A DNA stretch of 53,297 nt from Candidatus Micrarchaeum sp. (GCA_020723935.1 DYHY01000007.1:1-53297); one strand, 5' to 3'. Numbered from the stretch's first letter, positions 19,147 to 28,517 are shown. Notes: generated by a model from the sequence alone, not told the origin. Numbers and translations: made by a program.

Positions 19147-19665
19147 ATGCAGCAGCAGGCGCAGCCGGGAGCCGGGCCCAGCAACTACTATCCCCCCTCC
19201 CCGCAGGGCTGGGGGCAGCAGAGGCAGACCGGGCCCTACTGGAGCCAGAGCGGCTACACCGGATACTATTCCCTCCCCTCCAGGCAGGTCGTGAGGCCGG
19301 GCCAGGAGAGGAAGGCTTCGAGGAAAGCCCTCTACGCCGTCGCGTTCCTCATACTCGTCCTCGGCGTGTTCCTGATCTACAAGGGCGTCACCGCGACGCC
19401 CCCCAAGCTCAGCACGGAGCTCTCGGCAAAGATCGTCGCGATGTCCCCAGGGGACTCGGTCATCATCGGCGCGGTGTGCCTCCCGAACCTGTGCGGCGCG
19501 ACGCAGGAGGCGAGCCTCGTCGCGGTCGTCGGGAAGGACAACTACAAGGGGACTGTCAAGAACCAGGTCGGGCAGGAAGTCATGATCGCGAAGGCCACGG
19601 CGAGCCAGGTGCAGGCGCTGACCGAGAAGGATTGGATAACCTACATCGCCGTCGTCCCGCAGTGA
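19147..19665 (+). CDS. Hypothetical single-pass membrane protein with Q/Y/P-rich N-terminus
   Basis: Genome-typical codon usage, one TM segment ('ALYAVAFLILVLGVFLIY'), small C-terminal domain; start 19147 or 19114. Confidence 0.65.
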   Translation: MQQQAQPGAGPSNYYPPSPQGWGQQRQTGPYWSQSGYTGYYSLPSRQVVRPGQERKASRKALYAVAFLILVLGVFLIYKGVTATPPKLSTELSAKIVAMSPGDSVIIGAVCLPNLCGATQEASLVAVVGKDNYKGTVKNQVGQEVMIAKATASQVQALTEKDWITYIAVVPQ

Positions 19666-19723
19666 TGGCCGTCTCTCCTCTTCCTAGCCGAAGCTCTCGG
19701 ACGAAGTCTTGCCTCCCGGCGAT

Positions 19724-20476
19724 TCAGCCGTAGACCGACGGGTATGCCTGCTGGTCCTCGAGGGAGCGCTTGGTCTGGCGCATGAGCTCGTTTATCTTCT
19801 TCTCGAGCTTCTCGGACGTCTTCAGGAGCGACGCCGTGTCCACCTTGATGTCTAGCTCCGCCGCGACGGCCGTGACGACGTCGGCCGCGGCCTTGGGGTC
19901 TGGCGTGTCGATCGAAGCGTCCGTCAAGTAGGCGTGGGCAGGCATCTTCTCCTCGCTGCAGTGGAGGAGGAGGATCCCGAGCAGGCCAGTGAGGAATCCC
20001 AGCTTTATGACCTTGAAATCGCTCTCCTTCTTCGCCGCGAGCTTGGCGACCTCGTCCTCGTCGGAGCCCACGACGTATATCTTGCTGGGGCCTGCCGGCT
20101 TCTCGCCGTCCTGGCGCGCTATCCCCCCGACCAAGATTATCTTGGACGCGTTGTGTTTCTTCGCCCAGCCGACGATGGACCTCGCGAGGTCGTACGTCAG
20201 GAACTCGGGGATCGCGGTGTCGGAGACGAAGACGACGACGTTGTCCTTGGCGTAGATCCTTATCGGGGAGCGCGGGCCGCCTTCCTTCACGATCGTCACG
20301 GGGGGGAGCTTGTCGGACTGGATGAACCCTATCTCCGCCATCTCCAGCTTCGTCGCTATGTATTCCGTCGCTATCGAGCCCACGAGGCCCACCGACGGGA
20401 AGCCCTCGATCACGACGGGCCTGTTCAGTGTCACGAACGACGTCTCTATTATCTCGACCTGGGACGCTTTCGCCAT
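19724..20476 (-). CDS. PAC2 family proteasome assembly chaperone
   Basis: 'IEGFPSVGLVG.IA..YI', 'PIRIY', 'G...G.LL', 'PDP.AA', C-terminal 'VYG' HbYX-like tail. Confidence 0.9.
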   Translation of the reverse strand: MAKASQVEIIETSFVTLNRPVVIEGFPSVGLVGSIATEYIATKLEMAEIGFIQSDKLPPVTIVKEGGPRSPIRIYAKDNVVVFVSDTAIPEFLTYDLARSIVGWAKKHNASKIILVGGIARQDGEKPAGPSKIYVVGSDEDEVAKLAAKKESDFKVIKLGFLTGLLGILLLHCSEEKMPAHAYLTDASIDTPDPKAAADVVTAVAAELDIKVDTASLLKTSEKLEKKINELMRQTKRSLEDQQAYPSVYG

Positions 20477-20545
20477 ATCGCTATCAGGGGGAGCGCGGCT
20501 AGGGGTGTATTTATGCTTATTACCGCCGCGGACGGGCCCTCTTCG

Positions 20546-20815
20546 CTAGAATTCCTCGTCTATCTCGCGGCCCAGGTTCACGACCTCGGCGCCGCCGACG
20601 CCCGGGAGAGCCCTCAGCTTCGTCTCGATGTCCTCCGTGCCGCCCTCCCCGTCGGGGACGGCGAAGATCGCCTCGATCGCCTTGAGGCCGAATGCGACCT
20701 CCCTCACCTGGTAGCCCCGGCAGCCGAGCTTCTTGACTTCCGAAACGAGCTTGTCTATGTCGACCTCTATGCCCTCAGGCATGACGCGTATCTGCGCGAT
20801 CACGGTTCCGCCCAT
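20546..20815 (-). CDS. ef1b: Translation elongation factor 1-beta
   Basis: 'IRVMPE..EVD', 'VAFGLKA', 'DGEGGTE..E'. Confidence 0.92.
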   Translation of the reverse strand: MGGTVIAQIRVMPEGIEVDIDKLVSEVKKLGCRGYQVREVAFGLKAIEAIFAVPDGEGGTEDIETKLRALPGVGGAEVVNLGREIDEEF

Positions 20816-20822
20816 GCGCAAA

Positions 20823-20993
20823 TCACGGCCCCGTGAACCCGCAGGACGGGCATGTGTACGTGCGTCCGGCCTTGCGGCACTTGGCGCACCGGCTTATCTC
20901 CAGCTCCGCGCAGGAAGGGCACTTGAAAGACAGGCTCCCCGCGATGGCCCCGATCTTGAGGCCGCAGGAGAGGCAGCTCTTGTCGCTTTGCAT
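20823..20993 (-). CDS. Small zinc-ribbon protein (DUF1610/HVO_2753-like), 56 aa; absent from ORF track
   Basis: Own translation MQSDKSCLSCGLKIGAIAGSLSFKCPSCAELEISRCAKCRKAGRTYTCPSCGFTGP; four CxxC motifs; usual position upstream of ef1b; TATA at 21019-21026. Confidence 0.9.
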   Translation of the reverse strand: MQSDKSCLSCGLKIGAIAGSLSFKCPSCAELEISRCAKCRKAGRTYTCPSCGFTGP

Positions 20994-21140
20994 TGTGGAT
21001 TTTTCGCCGGGAAGGGCGTTTATAAATGTTCTCGGAAGCTGCGCATCGGGCCGGCCCGCGCTCCTCCCGGCGGCCCAGGGGAATACTTATAATATGCTGG
21101 TTGGTGGTGGATTTTCCGCAAAAGGGAAGTTTCAGCACAC

Positions 21141-21214
21141 GGGCCTGTGGTATAGTTTGGACAGCATGGGGGCTTGCGGAGCCTTTGACCTGGGTTCAAA
21201 TCCCAGCAGGCCCA
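21141..21214 (+). tRNA. tRNA-Arg(GCG), intronless, CCA not encoded
   Basis: Acceptor GGGCCTG/CAGGCCC, anticodon arm GGGGC-TTGCGGA-GCCTT, T arm CTGGG-TTCAAAT-CCCAG. Confidence 0.93.
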
Positions 21215-21256
21215 CTCGGGCTTCCTTCCTTATTCTCTTCCTTGTGCGGCTCCGCG

Positions 21257-21616
21257 TCATTTCATGGGGACCCAGTTGTACCCGTCGGTCCCCTCGAAGA
21301 TGGCCAGGATGTCTGGGGGAAGCTCGCAGAGGAAGACATTCCTTTTAAACAGGACTTCCTCGGCCTGCTTCGTCCCGATCGTGTTGTAGCCGCGCACCAA
21401 TACGCACGAGAACTCGTAGAGGGGGGTTTCCGGAGACTGCAGGGCGTATTCGGAATAGTCGGGCCCCTCTTTGTTGTAGTCGATGCGCTTCGTCACGCGC
21501 AGGATCTGGAACGGGTGCCCATTCCCCGCGTCTTCCCCATTCGCCGTCTCCCAGGCAGCGGGGAGGCTGGTCCTGTAGACGCTCGTCCCCTTGGAAACCC
21601 GGGCCTGCTCAGTCAC
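21257..21616 (-). CDS. Hypothetical protein
   Basis: Protein-like ORF; GTG 21616 preceded by GAGGAGG; no recognisable motif. Confidence 0.55.
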   Translation of the reverse strand: MTEQARVSKGTSVYRTSLPAAWETANGEDAGNGHPFQILRVTKRIDYNKEGPDYSEYALQSPETPLYEFSCVLVRGYNTIGTKQAEEVLFKRNVFLCELPPDILAIFEGTDGYNWVPMK

Positions 21617-21768
21617 CGCCCTCCTCACCCCCACAGAGGGCGGATGCGCGGGGCCTTTTTATCTCTTTCAGTGGGGCGGGCCGAGCAGTGGCGAGGTCCG
21701 CGGCCGGGAACTGGCGGGATTCCGGGCCACGGGAAATGCTTTTATATCCCGCAAACCGGGCCGGTAGC

Positions 21769-21885
21769 GTGTCCAAAACATCGCACCCGTGGAAAAAGCG
21801 GCACGGAAAGAAAAGCCGCTGGAAATGGCGCAAAAAACGCAGGCGCCGGATGAAACGGGCGAAGCGCCAAAGGGTAGGGCTCTAG
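21769..21885 (+). CDS. rpl41e: Ribosomal protein eL41 (eS32)-like, 38 aa
   Basis: MSKTSHPWKKRHGKKSRWKWRKKRRRRMKRAKRQRVGL contains the 'R.KW.KKR.RR.KR' signature; GTG start 21 nt after TATA 21740-21747. Confidence 0.8.
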   Translation: MSKTSHPWKKRHGKKSRWKWRKKRRRRMKRAKRQRVGL

Positions 21886-21991
21886 TTCGGCCGCCCTTTC
21901 TCTGTTTTCCAACGCTCCGGGCTCCGCCCCTGCGGGTTTCTGCCCTGCGCTCGGCACAGGCTCGGGAAATGCTTCCCAGCGCCGCGGGAAA

Positions 21992-22570
21992 TCACGCGAG
22001 GAAGCGCAGCACGACGCTCACCGCGAGGGGGATCGTCACGTTGTCGTCTATCGGGCTGAGGATCTCCGTGACAGTCCCGACGAGCGCCGTGAAGACGGCC
22101 ACCCAAGGCGAGAGGCTCGTGGCGAGGAAGAGGGGGACGAGGCTCGCGAGGAAGAAGCCGATCGCGCCCTCCAGGCTCCTCCCGGCGAGGAGCTTGTGCC
22201 TGCCGAAATACACACCCACGACAGTCGAGGCGCTGTCCCCCCAGCCGAGGACGAGTATCGGGATGTAGGCGCGCGAGCCCAGGAACACGACGGAGAGGCC
22301 TATCCCCACCATCCCGAGGATCGCGCCGTAGAAGGGGAACTGTTTGTCCTTGTCCCTGTCCGCGACCTTCTTGATGTACTTGGCTATCCGGAGGGATGGG
22401 GGGAGTATCTTCTCCTCCAGGCCGCTCACTATCGCGGCCGAGACGAACACCAGGCCTGCGAGGAGGATCGCGAGGACTGCCGCGGAAATGTGGAGGGGCA
22501 GGTAGAGGAGGAGGACAGCAAAAAGGCTGAAGGAAACGAGATGGAACGCCTGGCGCCGGAGCTCAAGCAT
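21992..22570 (-). CDS. CTP-dependent dolichol/phytol/diacylglycerol kinase family membrane protein
   Basis: 'ELRRQAFH', 'WGD.A...G...G', 'RSLEG', 'DDN.TIP'. Confidence 0.87.
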   Translation of the reverse strand: MLELRRQAFHLVSFSLFAVLLLYLPLHISAAVLAILLAGLVFVSAAIVSGLEEKILPPSLRIAKYIKKVADRDKDKQFPFYGAILGMVGIGLSVVFLGSRAYIPILVLGWGDSASTVVGVYFGRHKLLAGRSLEGAIGFFLASLVPLFLATSLSPWVAVFTALVGTVTEILSPIDDNVTIPLAVSVVLRFLA

Positions 22571-22578
22571 CCAGCTTC

Positions 22579-23253
22579 TCAGCCCTCCGGGGCCGGGGAG
22601 GCGGAGAGGCGCATCTCCAAGCCCCCCATGGGGACGAATCCTGCTAGCGGCTCGCCATCCACGACAAGGAACGGGTATTCGGTCACGTTGTATGCCTCCA
22701 CTATCCCCGACACCACGGGGATCCCCAGGTCCGTGTCCACCGGGAAGACGAGCAGGCCCTGGCCCATGCGCCGCTTCTGCGCGTCCAGGACTATCCCCTG
22801 GCTCGTGCATACGGGGCAGTTCCTGTTCGTGTAGAGGTAGAGGACGGTCCTTGCCGAGGGGTTCCCGCAGACGGAGATCGCCTTCCTCGCGAAGAGCCAT
22901 TCGCGGACCAGGAGCGACGTGTACTGCTCCTTGAGGACGGTGAAGGATTCCCCGAACTTGCGCGACTCCTCGTACTGCATGAGCCGCCCGGCCATCTCGT
23001 CGGCGGCCTTGCCGGAGACCTCTATCTGCCTGAGGAGGAACGGGCAGGCGCGTTCGGAGCCGAGGACGTCGAGGAGCAGGCCCTCCGCCTCCAGGCCGTC
23101 GGTGCTCGCGCGCAGGGACGAGATGTCGGACTCCAGTGCCGAGACCTGCTGGCGGTTGAGGAGCGAGCCTATCGCTATCCCTGACAGGAAGACGAGGACC
23201 GTCAGGGCCAGGACTAGGAGGTGTCGCGAGATTTCAAACTCTTTCCCTGCCAT
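22579..23253 (-). CDS. Membrane-anchored protein with coiled coil and C-terminal thioredoxin-like CxxC domain
   Basis: N-terminal TM, 'YLYT..NCPVC..QG.VLD', 'YNVTEYPFLVVDG'. Confidence 0.7.
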   Translation of the reverse strand: MAGKEFEISRHLLVLALTVLVFLSGIAIGSLLNRQQVSALESDISSLRASTDGLEAEGLLLDVLGSERACPFLLRQIEVSGKAADEMAGRLMQYEESRKFGESFTVLKEQYTSLLVREWLFARKAISVCGNPSARTVLYLYTNRNCPVCTSQGIVLDAQKRRMGQGLLVFPVDTDLGIPVVSGIVEAYNVTEYPFLVVDGEPLAGFVPMGGLEMRLSASPAPEG

Positions 23254-24518
23254 TTGAACCTTGTTCCTTTCCTCCTGCGGAACGCGAGATAGTACGCGAC
23301 GGACATTAAATAGAATGCGGAAACGAGCGGGAAGTAGAAAATGGTGTACAGGACGAAGTCCCAGAGGTTGTCCCCCTTCCCGAGGATCGACTCCTTGGAC
23401 ATCCTGAAGCTAGCGTAGATCACGAAGAGCGAGAGGAAGCTGAACATCAGGAAGAACACGTTGAGGACGTTGAAGGAGTAGAACACCTTGTCCAGGCGCG
23501 GCATCCCGAAGGAGAACACGTCGAGGCCGACGAGCGAGAGGTCGCGCAAGAAGTCGCCGGCGTCCCTGACCGTGTCGAAGGCGGTGTTGAAGAGGAGGAA
23601 GGACATCGCAACTATCAGGATGAAGTTCACGGGGAGGATGAAGAGGCCCAGTTCCGAGAACTTGGGGTTGAGGAGGAAGTTCCGGTGCTTCTCGACGTTC
23701 TGGAAGTAGCCCACATACCAGCGCATCCTCTGCCTGAGGAGGCCGCCTATGTCCCTGGGGGCGACCGTCGTCGTCAGGCCGTCGGCGGAGCTGGAGATGG
23801 TCCAGCCCCTCTCCTTTATCCTGAACGCGATGTCCATGTCCTCGGTGAGGTTCCCCTCGTCAAAGCCTCCTATCTCGCGAAGGACGGCCGTCCTGTACAC
23901 GCTCCCCGGCCCCGGGACAACGTAGAGCGCGTCGAGGCGGCTCATGAGCTCGCGCAGGTATATCGAGAAGAAGTATTCGAGCCTCTGTATGCGCTCCAGG
24001 ACCGATCGCGGAGCGTCCACCTTCATGTTGGATGCCACGGCACCCACGCCGCCGTCCGTGAAGGAGGATATCAGCGCCTTCATCGAATGGGGCGCAAAGA
24101 AGCTGTCCGCGTCCAGGCAGCAGGCGAAGGGCGTCCTCACAAAGGGTATCGCCTGGTTGAGGGCGGCGGCCTTGCCCCCGTTCCTGCTGCGGCGCAGCAC
24201 CGAGATCCTGCCCTTGAAGGGGGTGAGGGCAGAGAGCGTCGCGTCGGTCGAGCAGTCGTCGATGACGAATATTCTGAGCTTCTCAGGGGGATAGTCGAGG
24301 GCCAGGCACGATCGGACGCAGCGGGCGACCGTGTCCTGGACGTTGTACGCGGGGATGAGGATTGTCACCGCCGGCCAGCCGCCCTTCTTCGGCTCGCGCG
24401 CGGCTTCCCTGCCCTTGGAGGGCGCCCGCTCGAAGAGCACGACTATCCAGTAGATCGCGCAGTAGAGGAACACAAAGTAGCAGACGAGGACGACTGCCGA
24501 GGGCATGGAAAATGCCAT
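23214..24518 (-). CDS. Processive-type GT2 membrane glycosyltransferase (PgaC/CesA-like)
   Basis: 'DD.STD', 'GKA.ALN', 'DAD', 'TED', 'QRMRW' (D,D,D,QxxRW). Confidence 0.92.
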   Translation of the reverse strand: MAFSMPSAVVLVCYFVFLYCAIYWIVVLFERAPSKGREAAREPKKGGWPAVTILIPAYNVQDTVARCVRSCLALDYPPEKLRIFVIDDCSTDATLSALTPFKGRISVLRRSRNGGKAAALNQAIPFVRTPFACCLDADSFFAPHSMKALISSFTDGGVGAVASNMKVDAPRSVLERIQRLEYFFSIYLRELMSRLDALYVVPGPGSVYRTAVLREIGGFDEGNLTEDMDIAFRIKERGWTISSSADGLTTTVAPRDIGGLLRQRMRWYVGYFQNVEKHRNFLLNPKFSELGLFILPVNFILIVAMSFLLFNTAFDTVRDAGDFLRDLSLVGLDVFSFGMPRLDKVFYSFNVLNVFFLMFSFLSLFVIYASFRMSKESILGKGDNLWDFVLYTIFYFPLVSAFYLMSVAYYLAFRRRKGTRFKWQGKSLKSRDTS

Positions 24519-25912
24519 CAGGAGGGGGCCGAAGAGGCCAATTTTAAGACTTTGGAGTAGCCGTTGTCGAGGACCGGCGGGCCGGCCGTGACGTTCCTCC
24601 CGAGGAGCCGGGCTTCCGCGAGGTCTGTGAAGACGTACGCGGCCCCGTACTTTTCCCCAAGAAGGGAGAAATCCCCCGAGGAGTAGGCGCCGCCGATGTC
24701 GCGCTGCCGCTGCACCGAGTCCGCGATCCCCTCAGAGTAGCCGTCGATTATCGTCCTCGCGTGGCCGAGGAGGAACACCGAGGAGAAGTCAGTGTGGCCC
24801 GCGACGACGGCGCGGCCCTGTAGGTTCTCGTCAAGCCAGGAGACCGCCTGCGCGTCCTGCCTCTGGAGGATCGGGGAGACGTATCTGAGGGTCGGGGAGA
24901 CGAAGAGGGCGAGGGCGAGGATGAGGGCGATCGGGAGGGCCGCCCTGCGCGGGTCCCACCTCGAGGATGCGAGTGCGAGGGGGAAGGGAAGGAAGATCAC
25001 GAACCTCAGCGGGAGGAACGGGAACCAGAGGGAGGCGGCGAGGAGAAGGAGGAACGCGAGGCTTGCGGACGCCGAGAGGGCGAGCAGCGGAAAGGCTGCG
25101 AGGTGCGCGGGCGAGAGGGCGCCGGAAAGGATGGAGTGGAGGGTCCCCCTCGCGCCCCACGAGGGCGCGGTCGTCGGGAGGAGAAAGTACCAGGCGGCGG
25201 GGACGGCGAGCGACAGGAGGCCGAGGAGCAGGAGTGGGCGCGGGTTCCTTCGCGCGATCAGGATCGCAGCGCACACGAGGGAGAGGGCCGCGGCGGAAAG
25301 CGGATGGAGTGCGCCGAGCGCGAGAGCGAGGATGGCGAGGACGGGCCCGGGGAGGGACGCGTCCCTCCCCGTGAACGCCGCTGCGGTGAGGAGGGCGAGG
25401 GGGAAGAGGCTTGCGACAGACGGGAGGCCGGCCGAAGCCGAGAACATCAGGACCTCGGGGGATGCGGCGATCACCATCGCGCCGACGGCGGCGCCCCATC
25501 CCCTCCCCAGGAAGACGAAGGCCGCGACGCAAGCCAGGAAGAGGAAGGCTGCCGAGGATGCGCGAAGGAGGGCCTCGATCGGAAGGCCCGTCGAATCGTG
25601 CGCGGCGAGGATGAGGGAATAGTAGAAGGGGAGGTAGGTGTGCGTGCGCCCCCCCGCCGAAAGGGGGTCGTAGGGGAGGAGCTTCCCCTGGGAATCGGAA
25701 AGCGCGAGGACCCGGGCGTGGTAGAAATAATCCCAGCCTGAGGGCGCGCCCATCATGAGAGCGATCCTGGCGCAGACGAGGACCGCGAAGACCAGGCTAG
25801 GCAGAAGAATAGACCACGGATGGACCCTCGTCTTCGGAAGCGGGAATGCGGAAGCGCTCGATCCAGGGGGCGGGAAGGAGGATGTCGCCGGGGCCCTTGA
25901 CGCGGTAGGCAT
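24518..25912 (-). CDS. GT-C/STT3-like multi-pass membrane protein (paralog 2); start uncertain
   Basis: 'GWDYFYH', 'D..S.GGR..Y.P', many TMs, C-terminal 'A..W..EN', 'R..IDG'. Confidence 0.65.
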   Translation of the reverse strand: MPTASRAPATSSFPPPGSSASAFPLPKTRVHPWSILLPSLVFAVLVCARIALMMGAPSGWDYFYHARVLALSDSQGKLLPYDPLSAGGRTHTYLPFYYSLILAAHDSTGLPIEALLRASSAAFLFLACVAAFVFLGRGWGAAVGAMVIAASPEVLMFSASAGLPSVASLFPLALLTAAAFTGRDASLPGPVLAILALALGALHPLSAAALSLVCAAILIARRNPRPLLLLGLLSLAVPAAWYFLLPTTAPSWGARGTLHSILSGALSPAHLAAFPLLALSASASLAFLLLLAASLWFPFLPLRFVIFLPFPLALASSRWDPRRAALPIALILALALFVSPTLRYVSPILQRQDAQAVSWLDENLQGRAVVAGHTDFSSVFLLGHARTIIDGYSEGIADSVQRQRDIGGAYSSGDFSLLGEKYGAAYVFTDLAEARLLGRNVTAGPPVLDNGYSKVLKLASSAPS

Positions 25913-27155
25913 CGAATTCCCCGGCCGACCTCTCAGTTATTAAGAAATACCCTGCCGAAAGGGCGGTTCTCGCGTAGGCTGCGTCCCCCGCCGCGCGCTT
26001 GGACGCGGCGAGCCTCTCATCGGAATCGCGCCTCCCGACGAAGTGGCCGTCGATGACGTCCTTCCTGTGCGCGACGTAAGCGACAAGATACCCGTCGCCC
26101 ACGGAGGAGGCGATCGTCGCCGAGGCGGGGGTGTTCTCGGCGGTCCATGCGAGCGCGGACATCGTCCCGGGCCGCAAGGGGGCCCAGGAGAGGGCGGAGA
26201 GCTTCAGGATCGCCCAGATGACGCAGGCGGTTATCATCCAGGCCTGCGCGAACTTGCGGCGCCTCGAGAGGAACGCCGCGCCCGCAACCACCGCCGCAAG
26301 CGAGGTTATGGTAAGGACCCGGTCCAGCTCGACCAGCCCCGCCGCGGCCGGAAGGAGGGGGAGGATCAGCTGCGGGAAGCCGGCGGGGAACGCGAGAGCC
26401 GCAAAGCCCAGGGCCGGCCCGCCCCGCGAGACGACGGTCAGGGGGTTTGCGCCCTCGAAGATCTGGCTCCTGAACGACGCGGGGACGTCCTGGTGGATGT
26501 CGGTGGGGCGCTCGGTCCCCGCATACGCATAGAACGCCAGGATGAGGGCTGCGGAGATCACGACGAGGAACACTCTGAACCGCGACTTGGAGAGGAGGAG
26601 CGCGAAGAGGGACGTGAAGAAGGCGATCGGATGGACAAGGGGGGCGGCGAGGAGGAGGACCGCGAGGACGCCGGCGCCCCGGTTGAGCTGGCTCGCGAGG
26701 AACACGGCGACGAAGAGGAGGAACAGCCAGAGCGAATCGGGGAGGAGGACCATTGTCGTCTTCCACACTAGGACCGGGACCGTCGCGAGGAGGGCGCAGG
26801 GCAGGACCGGGTTGACCCCCTGGCGGATCGCGTACGCGTACGCGGCGAGGAACGTGAAGGCGAAGAAAAGAGGCCCGAGGAAGGGGAGGACACTTTCAGG
26901 AAGGCCGGTCGAGAGGAGCGCCGATGCCGCGAGGAGGTGCAGGCCGGGGGGGTAGCTGAGGGCGCGGCCGCCCCAGGAGAACTGGTCGAACCGCGGGAAG
27001 CTTCCGGCCGAGAGGATCCCCTTGATTATGGACTCGTGGAAGAAGCTGTCCGCCCCGATGAGGCCGGGGTTCCCCTCGAGGATGAGTGGGGAGAGGCGCA
27101 GGGCGAGGCCCACGAGAAGGAACAGGACGACGAGCGCGCCCCTGAGCTTCACCAT
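25797..27155 (-). CDS. GT-C/STT3-like multi-pass membrane protein (paralog 1)
   Basis: 'GADSFFH', 'D..SWGGR..YPPG', many TMs, C-terminal 'AL.W..ENTP..ATI.S..DG', 'R..VIDG'. Confidence 0.7.
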   Translation of the reverse strand: MVKLRGALVVLFLLVGLALRLSPLILEGNPGLIGADSFFHESIIKGILSAGSFPRFDQFSWGGRALSYPPGLHLLAASALLSTGLPESVLPFLGPLFFAFTFLAAYAYAIRQGVNPVLPCALLATVPVLVWKTTMVLLPDSLWLFLLFVAVFLASQLNRGAGVLAVLLLAAPLVHPIAFFTSLFALLLSKSRFRVFLVVISAALILAFYAYAGTERPTDIHQDVPASFRSQIFEGANPLTVVSRGGPALGFAALAFPAGFPQLILPLLPAAAGLVELDRVLTITSLAAVVAGAAFLSRRRKFAQAWMITACVIWAILKLSALSWAPLRPGTMSALAWTAENTPASATIASSVGDGYLVAYVAHRKDVIDGHFVGRRDSDERLAASKRAAGDAAYARTALSAGYFLITERSAGEFDAYRVKGPGDILLPAPWIERFRIPASEDEGPSVVYSSA

Positions 27156-28420
27156 GCCTTCGTAACCTCCCTGAGGACTTCCGTCGCGTAGGCCCCCTTC
27201 TCGAGGAAGAAGGAGAGGATGATTATTGAGCTTTCGGCCCCCTCCCGGACGGCCGGCTCAACGAGGCGCGCCCTCAGGCGCCTCCTCGCGCCCTCGAACG
27301 AGAGGCCTGGGCCCGCCGCCTTGGCCCTGAAGACGGAAAGGTCCTGTATCCCCGCCGCCGCGAGGGCCTGGAGCTCCATCTCGCCGGCGGTCCCGTCGGC
27401 AAGCTGCGCCTTGTAGCCGACGATCGGCCCGGAGGGCGAGACCTCGAAGGACGCTAGGCGCGGGTCGCCGGGGACGGCCTTCCTGAAGAACGTCGCGCCG
27501 CCCGAGAACATCCCGATGTCCCCGTCGATGAACCTGTCGAGGGAATTTATGCGGCCGGCGAGGACGCGGTTGAAGACGTCGGACTGGACGGCGGAGATGA
27601 AGAGGCGCAGGAGCTTGCGGGGGAAGACGGAGCGGAAGATCCACTCCGGATTCCTGGAGGAGAGCATGTCGGAGACGATGCGCCGCTCGAACGACGCTCT
27701 GGACGGGAAGGCGTCCAGGGCCTCGGCGAGCCTCCCTTCCGAGAAGAGCCTCCTCGCGGCCCGCGTCTCCTCGGGCTCCCCCGCGCCCTCGACGGAGACG
27801 TATGCGCCGATCGCCCCCGCAAAGTCGCCGAGGAGTAGGGCGCGCCCGACGATCGCTGAGACGTTCCGCCCCCCGCCGAACCTCTGCTCGCCGAAATAGT
27901 TGGGGATGCCGCGCCGCGAGAGGACCTCTGTTATGGGCGCGGCGTTCTCCGGATGATCGCATCCGCGCACGGTTATCGCGAACCTGTTCCCGGAAAGCAT
28001 CCCCGCGCGAAGCTTGTGCGCATGCCTCGAGACGGAGAGGACCTTGCCGTCCGGGAGGGAGATCGAGCGGACCGCGTCCTCGCCCACGCCCGCGACGGAG
28101 AGGAACTGGCGGGAGATCGCAGCCGCGTCCTTGAGGCCGGCGTATCCGATCTCGTCGCGCGCGACGCCCAGGGCCCGGGAGATGCGCTCGATAGCGGCGA
28201 AGGTCGGGATCCCGCGCTTCTCTATCTGGAAGATCAAATGGTCCCCCGCGCCCGAGAAGGGGAATGCTGGGACCTCCTCGACGACGAAATCCTCCGGGGA
28301 ATTCTTGATGGAGCCGCCCGTCCCGGGGAGGCTCGCCGTGAGAAGGGGCTTGTCCGGCGGCAGAATGGCCCCAGACGGGGATCTGGAGGTGGAAGCGTCA
28401 GAACTCAAGACCACAGTCAT
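27149..28420 (-). CDS. truD: tRNA pseudouridine(13) synthase
   Basis: 'EDFVVEE', 'YAGLKD..A...Q', 'GNRF.I', 'PNYFGEQRFG', 'F.L.KG.YAT.VLRE'; start approximate. Confidence 0.93.
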   Translation of the reverse strand: MTVVLSSDASTSRSPSGAILPPDKPLLTASLPGTGGSIKNSPEDFVVEEVPAFPFSGAGDHLIFQIEKRGIPTFAAIERISRALGVARDEIGYAGLKDAAAISRQFLSVAGVGEDAVRSISLPDGKVLSVSRHAHKLRAGMLSGNRFAITVRGCDHPENAAPITEVLSRRGIPNYFGEQRFGGGRNVSAIVGRALLLGDFAGAIGAYVSVEGAGEPEETRAARRLFSEGRLAEALDAFPSRASFERRIVSDMLSSRNPEWIFRSVFPRKLLRLFISAVQSDVFNRVLAGRINSLDRFIDGDIGMFSGGATFFRKAVPGDPRLASFEVSPSGPIVGYKAQLADGTAGEMELQALAAAGIQDLSVFRAKAAGPGLSFEGARRRLRARLVEPAVREGAESSIIILSFFLEKGAYATEVLREVTKAW

Positions 28421-28517
28421 CCAACTCCGAAAAGCCGTCCTGTGCGCTTCCTCATCATCCGCTTCCTCCAAGGGCCCCTTGCGAAGGAATAAAAGCCTTG
28501 GGTTAGTGGGACCTGGA

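Noticed and set aside
18792-19733. 313-aa ThpR fusion protein
   Set aside because: The C-terminal part is an out-of-frame run-through over the 19147-19665 gene
21141-21634. Integrated element at tRNA-Arg
   Set aside because: No duplicated tRNA 3' end or integrase found; only one orphan ORF follows
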